64,000 nt of DNA from IMG/VR virus record IMGVR_UViG_3300035208_008180, one strand, 5' to 3'. Under the pieces are notes generated by a model. That model saw only the letters and a program-made list of their open reading frames with translations, ran no database searches and was not told the DNA's origin. Source of the DNA: a virus (Duplodnaviria; Caudoviricetes). The number at the start of each line of letters is the position of its first letter. Within the stretch, counting starts at the first letter, position 1. Shown piece by piece: positions 16,484 to 24,046 of this stretch. A program made the translations under genes and the position numbers.

Positions 16484-16495
16484 TTGTCAAAGAAC
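16484..16495 (-). promoter_or_regulatory. boxA-like antitermination element
   Basis: GTTCTTTGACAA compared with rrn boxA (T)GCTCTTTAACA; lies between the first two tRNAs. Confidence 0.55.
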
Positions 16496-16503
16496 TCTCA
16501 CAG

Positions 16504-16587
16504 TGGTCTCGGCGGGAGTCGAACCCGCACGGGCATTACACCCAGGAGATTTTAAGTCTCCATTGTCTACCATTCCAACACGAGACC
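16504..16587 (-). tRNA. tRNA-Leu(TAA), long V arm
   Basis: GGAGA-CTTAAAA-TCTCC. Confidence 0.92.
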
Positions 16588-16613
16588 GTTCATAATATTC
16601 CTGCGGCCAAACA

Positions 16614-17084
16614 TTATCCATTTTTTATTTTTGCCCAGTTTACAAACTGTTCAAAGACCCATTGCATGGTGCCTTTGCTCACAAGTTCTGTTTGTTTACC
16701 CTCATCAGTTTGCCTAAATTCCTCCACATCTTTTTCCAACCTTTCAAGATAATCTTTTTTCATTCCTTCCAACATCATTGGCAGCACAATTTCATCCATC
16801 ATCAAGCCACCAGGGCTTTCATCCCATTCGACTTTATCCATTGGAACGCCGATTTTTTCCAAAAAGGCTTCCATATCAAAGTTATCCATCCATGTTTCGC
16901 CGCCAATCATTTCATCATTACTGCGAATCGTCCAGGCATCTTCCTCAGCCCAAGACATACCCATTTCTTTTCCAATAATTGCGTGGTCTGCAATCTTGCC
17001 TATTTGATCTTCGGACAAATATTTTTTTAGGATAGCGAAGCTTGAGCTTGAGCTATTGGACACAAATGTAGTTCTTATTTTCAT
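16614..17084 (-). CDS. Phage protein of the FVSNSSSSSF family
   Basis: MKIRTTFVSNSSSSSF; GAGGTG RBS. Confidence 0.7.
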   Translation of the reverse strand: MKIRTTFVSNSSSSSFAILKKYLSEDQIGKIADHAIIGKEMGMSWAEEDAWTIRSNDEMIGGETWMDNFDMEAFLEKIGVPMDKVEWDESPGGLMMDEIVLPMMLEGMKKDYLERLEKDVEEFRQTDEGKQTELVSKGTMQWVFEQFVNWAKIKNG

Positions 17085-17124
17085 ATTTCACCTCATGCAC
17101 ACATTATATCATATTTCAGGCAAT

Positions 17125-17164
17125 AAAAAAAGCCCGCTGACGGTTGACCGCCAGCGGGCTTTTT
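17125..17164 (-). terminator. Attenuator terminator (3:4 hairpin)
   Basis: AGCCCGCTGGCGG-TCAA-CCGTCAGCGGGCT followed by a T run. Confidence 0.9.
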
Positions 17165-17194
17165 GAAATGATCCTAGATCAGCCCAGGGCGGTC
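17146..17194 (-). promoter_or_regulatory. Antiterminator (2:3 hairpin)
   Basis: Leader 3' end GACCGCC-CT-GGGCT pairs with the terminator left arm AGCCC-GCT-GGCGGTC (7+5 bp). Confidence 0.75.
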
Positions 17195-17259
17195 CATACG
17201 CTCGTAAATAAATACGAGAGTGACAAGAGACTGCTCAGACTGGAATAGGACTTTTTCAT
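17179..17259 (-). CDS. Attenuator leader peptide MKKSYSSLSSLLSLSYLFTSVWTALG (26 aa)
   Basis: Codons 4-20 are exclusively Ser/Leu/Tyr/Phe/Thr(ACG), matching the downstream tRNAs; AAGGTTGAG before the ATG. Confidence 0.8.
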   Translation of the reverse strand: MKKSYSSLSSLLSLSYLFTSVWTALG

Positions 17260-17310
17260 TTGTTCTCAACCTTATATACGCTTCTCGCAACAATTCTGTT
17301 CAACATCCCT

Positions 17311-17339
17311 ATTATACTTCAGTTTTTTTGAATTGTAAA
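17311..17339 (-). promoter_or_regulatory. Sigma-70-type promoter of the leader/tRNA operon
   Basis: TTTACA-17 nt-TATAAT. Confidence 0.8.
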
Positions 17340-17351
17340 GAGGGAAAACAG

Positions 17352-17392
17352 AAAAATTTCACCCGCCCCCATTTATAGGGGGCAGATGAAAT
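17352..17392 (-). terminator. Intrinsic terminator insulating the tRNA operon from upstream genes
   Basis: ATTTCATCTGCCCCC/GGGGGCGGGTGAAAT stem plus T run. Confidence 0.7.
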
Positions 17393-17402
17393 CAGATCGG
17401 TA

Positions 17403-17984
17403 TTATTTACCGCAACCGCACCCGCCATCGCAATTGGCTTTACGGTATGGAGGCAAAACAGCCTTTACGGCCTTGCCTGCGACTTTTACAGATTTACGCA
17501 CTGGTTGAGCCGCAACAACGGCTTTCACCGGACCAGCAACGGCTGCACAAGCTGCCGGGGCACAAGCCTTGACAGGGGCACAAGCTGCTGGAGTATTTTC
17601 GCAACAACGTCTTCCCAAAAGCGGTCGCTCCACTCTTACTCGAACGACTCGGACTTTTTGGGTGGCAACAGGAGCACACGCTGCTACTGGGGCACACGCT
17701 GCTGGAGCACACGCCTTTGGTGTACAAGTCTTCGGGGTACGTACTTTTTTCACCCGAACAACTTCCTTCACTACCACTCTCTGACAAACCGCTGGGGCAC
17801 ACGCCTTGACGGCTTCACAAGCCTTAGGGGTAACCACCACCGGAGCGACTGGCGTACAAGCTGCTGGGGCACATGCCTTGACAGGCTCACAAGCCCCGCC
17901 AGTCCTGACTCTTGATGCCTGTGCAACCGAGCACATAGCAACCAAAGCCACAACACAAACTAAAGCGATAAAACGCTTCATCAC
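17403..17984 (-). CDS. Secreted Cys/Ala/Pro-rich repeat protein
   Basis: Signal peptide ending AQA; repeated (K)ACAPAAC units; AGGAGG RBS. Confidence 0.75.
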   Translation of the reverse strand: MMKRFIALVCVVALVAMCSVAQASRVRTGGACEPVKACAPAACTPVAPVVVTPKACEAVKACAPAVCQRVVVKEVVRVKKVRTPKTCTPKACAPAACAPVAACAPVATQKVRVVRVRVERPLLGRRCCENTPAACAPVKACAPAACAAVAGPVKAVVAAQPVRKSVKVAGKAVKAVLPPYRKANCDGGCGCGK

Positions 17985-18021
17985 ACACCTCCTTGGTTAA
18001 AGGGTTTCTCAAACAGAAAAT

Positions 18022-18324
18022 CTATTCTAACATACTCTTCTTCTTTTGTCTACCCCGCTTTTCAGATTTTTGACCGACTTTTTGGAATCTTGCGGCATAA
18101 TCTCTTAGCCCAATTTCCTTAAAAACTGTCAATTTCCACCTTTGTTTACATTCGGGGCACCTACGACGCAACACACAAGCTATCTTATCGAGAGGAATTT
18201 GTTTCAATCCCGCTCCACAGCCACAATAAAGTGTGAGACCTTTTCCCTCTTTGAAGGCTTCGGCCAACGTTTCGTTTTGATGTGTGAATGCGTGTTGTAA
18301 CATAATATATGCTTCCTGAATCAA
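18022..18324 (-). CDS. Hypothetical Zn-ribbon protein
   Basis: CGCG...CPEC. Confidence 0.5.
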   Translation of the reverse strand: MIQEAYIMLQHAFTHQNETLAEAFKEGKGLTLYCGCGAGLKQIPLDKIACVLRRRCPECKQRWKLTVFKEIGLRDYAARFQKVGQKSEKRGRQKKKSMLE

Positions 18325-18327
18325 TTT

Positions 18328-19074
18328 TTAGCGAACGTATGGCGGGTCTTCTGCCACTATCTGAGACTGCGGTTTAGTCTTTTTTTCCGGCTTTGGCGGC
18401 ACTTGCAGATTTATTTCAATGCCGTGGAAAATCCAATCGGAAATCCAGTTGTAGAAACCAGCAGTCCAACGTTGCAACCTTGCATAGAAGCCCATAATGA
18501 AGCCACTGCAAAGCCACCAGAACATGCTGGGAATCCACCAGAACATATCACGGGTAATATCGACTTTGAAATCCCGTGCTCGCAATTTAATGCGTGGAGT
18601 ATATGTGCGGTCGGATCGATCACCATAGGTGCCATCACAATCACACCATCGATATTTACCACGCATATCGGAGCGATTGCATAAGTATTCCAACCAGTCC
18701 CTCATTTTTTCAGGTGGTGGAACCTTCAAATTCGTGTCAAGATGATTCATTTCTAGCCAATTGGCCAACAAATCTTGATATGCATGTTTGCGACTAAAAC
18801 AACGGATGATCCAGTGAATCGTTGCCCATACTACACCGCAAGCAACAAATTCAAGCACATGCCAGAGCACGTTGTAGGGATGCTCTATGGACCAAGACAC
18901 CACATCCTTGCCGTTTCCGAAAAAATAAACCAAGGCACAGAAACCGGCCAACAGAATGGTGGCTACAAAGCCTTTTTCCCAATCGACTGCCCACACAATA
19001 AAACCAAACACGACGGCAGTCAAAATCCAAAAGATTGGATTAGTGACTATCAATAAAGTCCACACAGCTTCCAT
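18328..19074 (-). CDS. Membrane protein
   Basis: Several hydrophobic, Trp-rich segments. Confidence 0.65.
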   Translation of the reverse strand: MEAVWTLLIVTNPIFWILTAVVFGFIVWAVDWEKGFVATILLAGFCALVYFFGNGKDVVSWSIEHPYNVLWHVLEFVACGVVWATIHWIIRCFSRKHAYQDLLANWLEMNHLDTNLKVPPPEKMRDWLEYLCNRSDMRGKYRWCDCDGTYGDRSDRTYTPRIKLRARDFKVDITRDMFWWIPSMFWWLCSGFIMGFYARLQRWTAGFYNWISDWIFHGIEINLQVPPKPEKKTKPQSQIVAEDPPYVR

Positions 19075-19091
19075 TTTCTTACCCTTTCATA

Positions 19092-19262
19092 TTAGACTTC
19101 AAGAACCACACAGGTTTCCAACTCAGTATCGACTTCGAGGGTGCAACATTCACCCCATTGAAACCATCTTTTAAGAAGCTCCATTATTTTTTCTTCCTGA
19201 TCTTCTGGCAATTCCACATGAGCGAGAGCATCAGGGGTTTTCATGTGAATTCTTAGCTTCAT
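19092..19262 (-). CDS. Small hypothetical protein (56 aa)
   Basis: MKLRIHMKTPDAL...WFQWGECCTLEVDTE; fills the gap. Confidence 0.55.
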   Translation of the reverse strand: MKLRIHMKTPDALAHVELPEDQEEKIMELLKRWFQWGECCTLEVDTELETCVVLEV

Positions 19263-19785
19263 TTTTTCTTTCCTTTTCTTTGGCGGCTGCTACTGAAGCA
19301 TATGCAAATGCTTGATGTACTTCCGCATCCATTGTATTCTCTGGTAGTGCTTCCATTTCGGCATCCCAAGCACCATCAATTTTCATATCTCTTTCCACTG
19401 GTTTTTGTGGCTTTTGATTTCTCTTTTTACAACACCACTTCACAATTCCCCATTTTTCATTTTTTATTTTGTAAATGGCGGCAAGATCATCAAACATCAA
19501 TGGTTCGGAATCTGCACAAGCCCAGGCAAATACATCACTGCAATTTATGTGTATATTAACTAATCCTTCTTTGTTGCCAAACACCAAAAACTGATCTGTG
19601 TCCAGAAGCTCCTTTAATGCCACTACTTCATCGCAACACTCTTCTCCACCCACATCAAAAATCGCACTTTCCTCTTTTTCTGACGGATGTTGCGACTCCC
19701 AATCATCAAGCATATCCGAGATATTGTGAACAGATTCTCCCGCCGATGTAAGTAGTTCCCGCCATTCTTGCGGTGTGCGGCTCAT
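19231..19785 (-). CDS. Hypothetical protein
   Basis: INCSDVFAWACADSE motif. Confidence 0.6.
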   Translation of the reverse strand: MSRTPQEWRELLTSAGESVHNISDMLDDWESQHPSEKEESAIFDVGGEECCDEVVALKELLDTDQFLVFGNKEGLVNIHINCSDVFAWACADSEPLMFDDLAAIYKIKNEKWGIVKWCCKKRNQKPQKPVERDMKIDGAWDAEMEALPENTMDAEVHQAFAYASVAAAKEKERKNEAKNSHENP

Positions 19786-20189
19786 TTAATCGTGCCTTTT
19801 GAAAACAAAGCAGCTTCTTCGTCCATTTCTTGAAGTGCTTGCATCAAACCAAAACATTGAAATTGGTCTTCATAAGCTACATCGGCAGAGACAACTCCTC
19901 CACCACTTTCCTGCATATATGAAATAATTTCTTTTTTGTCGTCTTCACTTAATTTAGGTGAAATCACCCCATCTACGGTCAAATCCAATACAAATGAAGC
20001 TGCCGAGAAAATTCTACTTGTCATAAGATGTGAATCTTTCTCGAAGTCCACTGTTTTCACATCAAAAAATCCGCATCTTCTATCCAGAGTTTCTGGAGAA
20101 ATATTTTTTTTGGTTCTGGCATCACGCACCGCATCCACCAGATTTTTTTGCATTTGTTCCCAGCTACCGTAATATTTTAACATTTTCAT
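19782..20189 (-). CDS. XRE-like helix-turn-helix protein
   Basis: VRDARTKKNISPETLDRRCG...VDFEK. Confidence 0.45.
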   Translation of the reverse strand: MKMLKYYGSWEQMQKNLVDAVRDARTKKNISPETLDRRCGFFDVKTVDFEKDSHLMTSRIFSAASFVLDLTVDGVISPKLSEDDKKEIISYMQESGGGVVSADVAYEDQFQCFGLMQALQEMDEEAALFSKGTIK

Positions 20190-20767
20190 GATTGTTCCTC
20201 GCAGGTCTTTTTGTTTTTATCAACATACCTACTGATTTTATGGAAATTTTTTGCCTCTTTTGCAAGATCGGGCAATTGTTGTTTCTCCATATGTTCTAAC
20301 ACTCGTCGTAGTTCTATTGTTGTTGCATCACTCTTGATGGTGTTCGCACGATGGGATATTACCTGAACATTTCCCTTCACATAACCATATTGTGGATTGA
20401 TTCTATCTAACGATGGTGAATTTGGCGATGGATGACCTGTGCCTATTATAAGAGGAATTCCTAAGATAGGACATTTCTCTGGGATCACTATGTCTTTGTG
20501 AGTTAAATTAAAAGGAATACCTCTTTTTTTTGCCCTGCTTTTTACATTCCATAACATATATGCTATGGGATTTTTTCTGATAGATTCCCTTTTTTTTGCA
20601 TTTGTCTTTACCCTATCTTTGTTGATGTTTTTTTTCGCTCTTGCGATTTCTTGCTCTCTGTGTGTTTTATAATATTCTTGACACTTCTTGTAGCACTCTC
20701 TGCATTTCAATTTTCCGTGAATGAAATCATCTGGGCTTTTGTCTACTTTACATCTGTTGCAAATCAT
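20186..20767 (-). CDS. HNH-type homing endonuclease
   Basis: CPILG...SLDRINPQYGYVKGNVQVISHRANTIK. Confidence 0.8.
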   Translation of the reverse strand: MICNRCKVDKSPDDFIHGKLKCRECYKKCQEYYKTHREQEIARAKKNINKDRVKTNAKKRESIRKNPIAYMLWNVKSRAKKRGIPFNLTHKDIVIPEKCPILGIPLIIGTGHPSPNSPSLDRINPQYGYVKGNVQVISHRANTIKSDATTIELRRVLEHMEKQQLPDLAKEAKNFHKISRYVDKNKKTCEEQS

Positions 20768-20825
20768 TTTTTCTCCATTGCCGAATACCTATCATTATAT
20801 AGTATTTCGGCAATGGAAATTTTAA

Positions 20826-21764
20826 TTATTTGAAAAATTCTTCTGGTTTTGCAAATTCCATACCCAATCGGGTGGCAAAAGTTCTGTCGCTGGTAGAATC
20901 TCCGACAAAAATGCATTTTTGTGGGTTGAGTTTCCAACTCTCGATTAGTTGCACCCCCATCCCACTCGCTGGCTTTCTGCAATAGCAAGTCGGCGGCACA
21001 TAATGTGGGCAAATAACCGTTTCAGCAATCACCCCATCCAACAATTTATTGGTGCGTTCAATTGCTGCCAATGCGTTCGCTGCCGTGACCGTTCCTTTTG
21101 CGATTCCCGATTGGTTACTGGCAGCCAGCACCATATAACCATCTTTTTTGTATTTTTGCAATACCTCTTTTCGCTTTGGAAGAATCACAACCTCCTCTGG
21201 AGAGGTAGGGTATGGCTCGGGACTTCCAGAGGGAGTGGATCGCACCGTATCATCCAAATCACAAATAATCGCCTTACCAGCGTAGGCTGATGAGCGACGA
21301 ACAAAAGGAATTTTTTTGACACTGGTAAATCCCTCACCAGTGGTCGGTTTTTGCAATTCTTTGCGGTATCGGAAAAACACAGCAATGGGAAACATATTAG
21401 GGTCTTTAACATCCTTCAAAGACTCAGGCGTTAAAAATAATTTTCCATAACGCTCCCACATGCGATGCAACGCATTGATAATTGCATCTTCAATACTGGT
21501 GCTCATCCATTGACAATGAATATCTGCCCCATGTTTTTTAGCAGCGACAATAAAAGGTGCCCTGCCCAATTCTGTGGCAAATAAATTGTCAATAACGATA
21601 TTTTGTTTGGCTTGCAAGGCTGCCTCGAAGGCAGGCAACAGGTCTATGACCTTGCCACCGGCTTTGTCCCGATTCAAATAAGTATATCCCTTGTCGGCAA
21701 AGCCTTTGGAAACCGTGCTTTTGCCTGATGCTGGACAACCACAAACCAAAACCACTTCTGACAT
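20826..21764 (-). CDS. Polynucleotide kinase/3'-phosphatase (PseT/PNKP-like)
   Basis: P-loop GCPASGKST plus HAD domain DLDDT...SNQSG...CRKP...VGD. Confidence 0.85.
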   Translation of the reverse strand: MSEVVLVCGCPASGKSTVSKGFADKGYTYLNRDKAGGKVIDLLPAFEAALQAKQNIVIDNLFATELGRAPFIVAAKKHGADIHCQWMSTSIEDAIINALHRMWERYGKLFLTPESLKDVKDPNMFPIAVFFRYRKELQKPTTGEGFTSVKKIPFVRRSSAYAGKAIICDLDDTVRSTPSGSPEPYPTSPEEVVILPKRKEVLQKYKKDGYMVLAASNQSGIAKGTVTAANALAAIERTNKLLDGVIAETVICPHYVPPTCYCRKPASGMGVQLIESWKLNPQKCIFVGDSTSDRTFATRLGMEFAKPEEFFK

Positions 21765-21767
21765 TTA

Positions 21768-21929
21768 TTATTCCTCCGAAAAAATCCAATAGATACAATA
21801 AAGCCAGCCCAGCAGGAACGCAATGATAGCCCAAATAATATCTTTATTACGTTTCCAAGACAACAGTGCAGCAATAATGTTGCCAACACCAATATACAAC
21901 ATCGGATTTTCAATGGTAATCGATGGCAT
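21768..21929 (-). CDS. Small membrane protein (53 aa)
   Basis: MPSITIENP...LSWKRNKDIIWAIIAFLLGWLYCIYW; exact gap fill. Confidence 0.6.
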   Translation of the reverse strand: MPSITIENPMLYIGVGNIIAALLSWKRNKDIIWAIIAFLLGWLYCIYWIFSEE

Positions 21930-22156
21930 CAGTCTACCTTTTTATATTTAACTGCGACTCTTAATTGTTTTCCAATTTCTGTGTGATCTATTGTTTTGTT
22001 TTTTGCAACCCACACAACAAATGCGTCTCTTGAATCCAAGCATTTAAATTGAAAAATATCGTGATTTTGAAGGGGGAAAATCATTTCACCTTTCAACGAG
22101 GCGGCTTTTTCTCGTATTTTTTCTCGACGTTGTTCGTCAAAATTATGCTTGGCCAT
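21929..22156 (-). CDS. Hypothetical protein
   Basis: Operon packing. Confidence 0.55.
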   Translation of the reverse strand: MAKHNFDEQRREKIREKAASLKGEMIFPLQNHDIFQFKCLDSRDAFVVWVAKNKTIDHTEIGKQLRVAVKYKKVD

Positions 22157-22834
22157 TTAGTTGACTGCCTCCAATTCTTTTTGGGCTTGTTCCCTGATGG
22201 CAGGCTCAACACAAATATCATAAACAGCGACAAAGCTGGAAAGGGTCTTCCAGTCAAAAGTCTCCTGTCGTTCGTCCGTCAATGTCTTGAAACCTTTTTC
22301 TCGACGGCAATGATCGCACACCAAAAATATTTTGTCGCCAAGCATTTGTCCCGCCATCTGAATTAGCTCATACACTCGCTTGGGAACGGTAATTTTTGTG
22401 TTTTCTTTATCCCATCTAGCATACCAGAGAACGGTTTCACCCATCAATGACCCGGCAGATTCTTTTATTTCTTCGGGATCAAACATGTTGTGTGAACGAC
22501 CATGAACAATCTCGAATTTTTTTTGTTCGATCAAAAGCCGAGAGAAAAAGTCATCTTGTTTCATTCCTTGCCGGTGACAAATCCAACAACGGGGCTTGAG
22601 AGGTTCTACAGGTGTTGGCTCTGCTGGATACCAATCTTCTCTACGCCAAGTAGCTTTCTTCCACTTTTCTTTTTCTTTTTCTTTGGCAAATTTCTCACCA
22701 GCCCGCATATCCTCAGCAGCAGCTTGTGTTTCAGAATGTTTGCGGCATGCCCGTTTGCCATCACCCAAATGCAATGTTTGGCGATGAGTAACCGTTTCAC
22801 CACAGACCGAACAGACTACGGTTTTTACGGGCAT
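22157..22834 (-). CDS. Hypothetical Zn-finger protein
   Basis: CSVC...CRKH and CWIC...CDHC. Confidence 0.6.
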   Translation of the reverse strand: MPVKTVVCSVCGETVTHRQTLHLGDGKRACRKHSETQAAAEDMRAGEKFAKEKEKEKWKKATWRREDWYPAEPTPVEPLKPRCWICHRQGMKQDDFFSRLLIEQKKFEIVHGRSHNMFDPEEIKESAGSLMGETVLWYARWDKENTKITVPKRVYELIQMAGQMLGDKIFLVCDHCRREKGFKTLTDERQETFDWKTLSSFVAVYDICVEPAIREQAQKELEAVN

Positions 22835-23037
22835 TGTACAACTTCCTTTATTTCAAACACATAATCTTCTGGCGAAATCATTTTAAGTCGTTGAAGAGTC
22901 ATTTCTAATCTTGCTCTATCTAGCCCAATCACATCCCTTCGTTCGCCACGGGGAAGAAAATACTCCAAATAATCCTTCAACAGAAGGGTTGTTGGGCCAC
23001 TTTTCGCTGGATATGTGCAGACAATTTCGTAAAGCAT
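22825..23037 (-). CDS. Hypothetical protein
   Basis: Follows the promoter at 23045-23072. Confidence 0.5.
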   Translation of the reverse strand: MLYEIVCTYPAKSGPTTLLLKDYLEYFLPRGERRDVIGLDRARLEMTLQRLKMISPEDYVFEIKEVVQCP

Positions 23038-23044
23038 TAGCCTC

Positions 23045-23072
23045 ATTATACTTCAGAAATGAAGGATGTAAA
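23045..23072 (-). promoter_or_regulatory. Sigma-70-type early promoter
   Basis: TTTACA-16 nt-TATAAT; shares CTGAAGTATAAT with the 17311 promoter. Confidence 0.65.
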
Positions 23073-23076
23073 CTCC

Positions 23077-23118
23077 AAAAAATAAGGGGAATTGGGCTTT
23101 ACGCACAATTCCCCTTAT
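23077..23118 (-). terminator. Intrinsic terminator
   Basis: ATAAGGGGAATTG/CAATTCCCCTTAT stem plus T run. Confidence 0.7.
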
Positions 23119-23129
23119 ATCCCAAGAGT

Positions 23130-23972
23130 TTACGACTTCCAGGCAGCTTTAGCTCCTGTGCTGAAAACAGCAGCACCACCAGTAGAACACGATACAGCGG
23201 GGGTATCGACATCAATGGATTTATCCAAATCTGCGGAATCAGCACTTGCATAATCTGCAAGGCATTCATCCGAATCAGAATACATGTTTTTGCAAGATGA
23301 GCCACCGATGCCACGTACCATATTCAACGCAGCAGCATATACTCGTTTACTGCTATTTCTGTGACCTGTTCTTGCACCCTTGACAGTTTTATTGTCCCAA
23401 AGAGCCACGTTTGCCATTGGAACATTCAAAGCGGCAGCAGCCTCAGTGAGGTAATGTCGGTCGCAACCCATAAAACTAAATGTCCAGCGACCACTGGCTT
23501 CCAATGGCTTCATGAGTTCATCCAACGGAAGTCGAGGATCAGGCTTTTGTCCAGCCTTGATTTGTGCCTCGGTCAGATGTTCCTGCACCCATTTGTAGTG
23601 CGATGATTTATTTTCTTGGCCATCGGTGACAATCACAAAAATATAGTTATTGTCAGGATCGTTGTAATTAGTGGTTTCACGGAGTTTTTCGATGGAGTAT
23701 CCGATGCCATCGAGCATAGCCGTCCAACCATCGGCATTAAAATCTCCTTGTTTGCATTCTTGGAGATCGGAAGCTGGCACTTCCCACAGGTGTTCAAAAA
23801 CTTCTGTGGCAAAAGTAATCAGGGATACTTTGACTTCTGCGGTGCCTGCTGTTTCTTCTGCCATTTTCTTGAACAAACGAACTTGATCGTTGTAATTATT
23901 TACAGCTTCTTCGGCTGTGGACGACATCGACCCTGAGCGGTCGATTACAAAAACGACATGAGTAGTCTTCAT
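23130..23972 (-). CDS. von Willebrand factor A domain protein
   Basis: MIDAS motif DRSGSM, TAMLDG, VIVTDGQEN. Confidence 0.85.
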   Translation of the reverse strand: MKTTHVVFVIDRSGSMSSTAEEAVNNYNDQVRLFKKMAEETAGTAEVKVSLITFATEVFEHLWEVPASDLQECKQGDFNADGWTAMLDGIGYSIEKLRETTNYNDPDNNYIFVIVTDGQENKSSHYKWVQEHLTEAQIKAGQKPDPRLPLDELMKPLEASGRWTFSFMGCDRHYLTEAAAALNVPMANVALWDNKTVKGARTGHRNSSKRVYAAALNMVRGIGGSSCKNMYSDSDECLADYASADSADLDKSIDVDTPAVSCSTGGAAVFSTGAKAAWKS

Positions 23973-23998
23973 TATATTTTTCCTTGTTGGTGAATTGT

Positions 23999-24035
23999 AA
24001 AAAAGCAGGCACCCCGGCAATACACCGGGGGCCTG
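23999..24035 (-). terminator. Intrinsic terminator
   Basis: CAGGCCCCCGG/CCGGGGTGCCTG stem plus T run. Confidence 0.65.
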
Positions 24036-24046
24036 TGATTACGGAT

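Noticed and set aside
7312-16587. Suppressor tRNAs or stop-codon reassignment
   Set aside because: TAA, TAG and TGA here are anticodons (Leu/Ser). No CTA, TTA or TCA anticodon was found, and long genes read intact in code 11
21589-21913. Track ORFs 21589-21834 and 21674-21913
   Set aside because: They overlap PNKP; a 53-aa ORF at 21768-21929 fits the gap exactly
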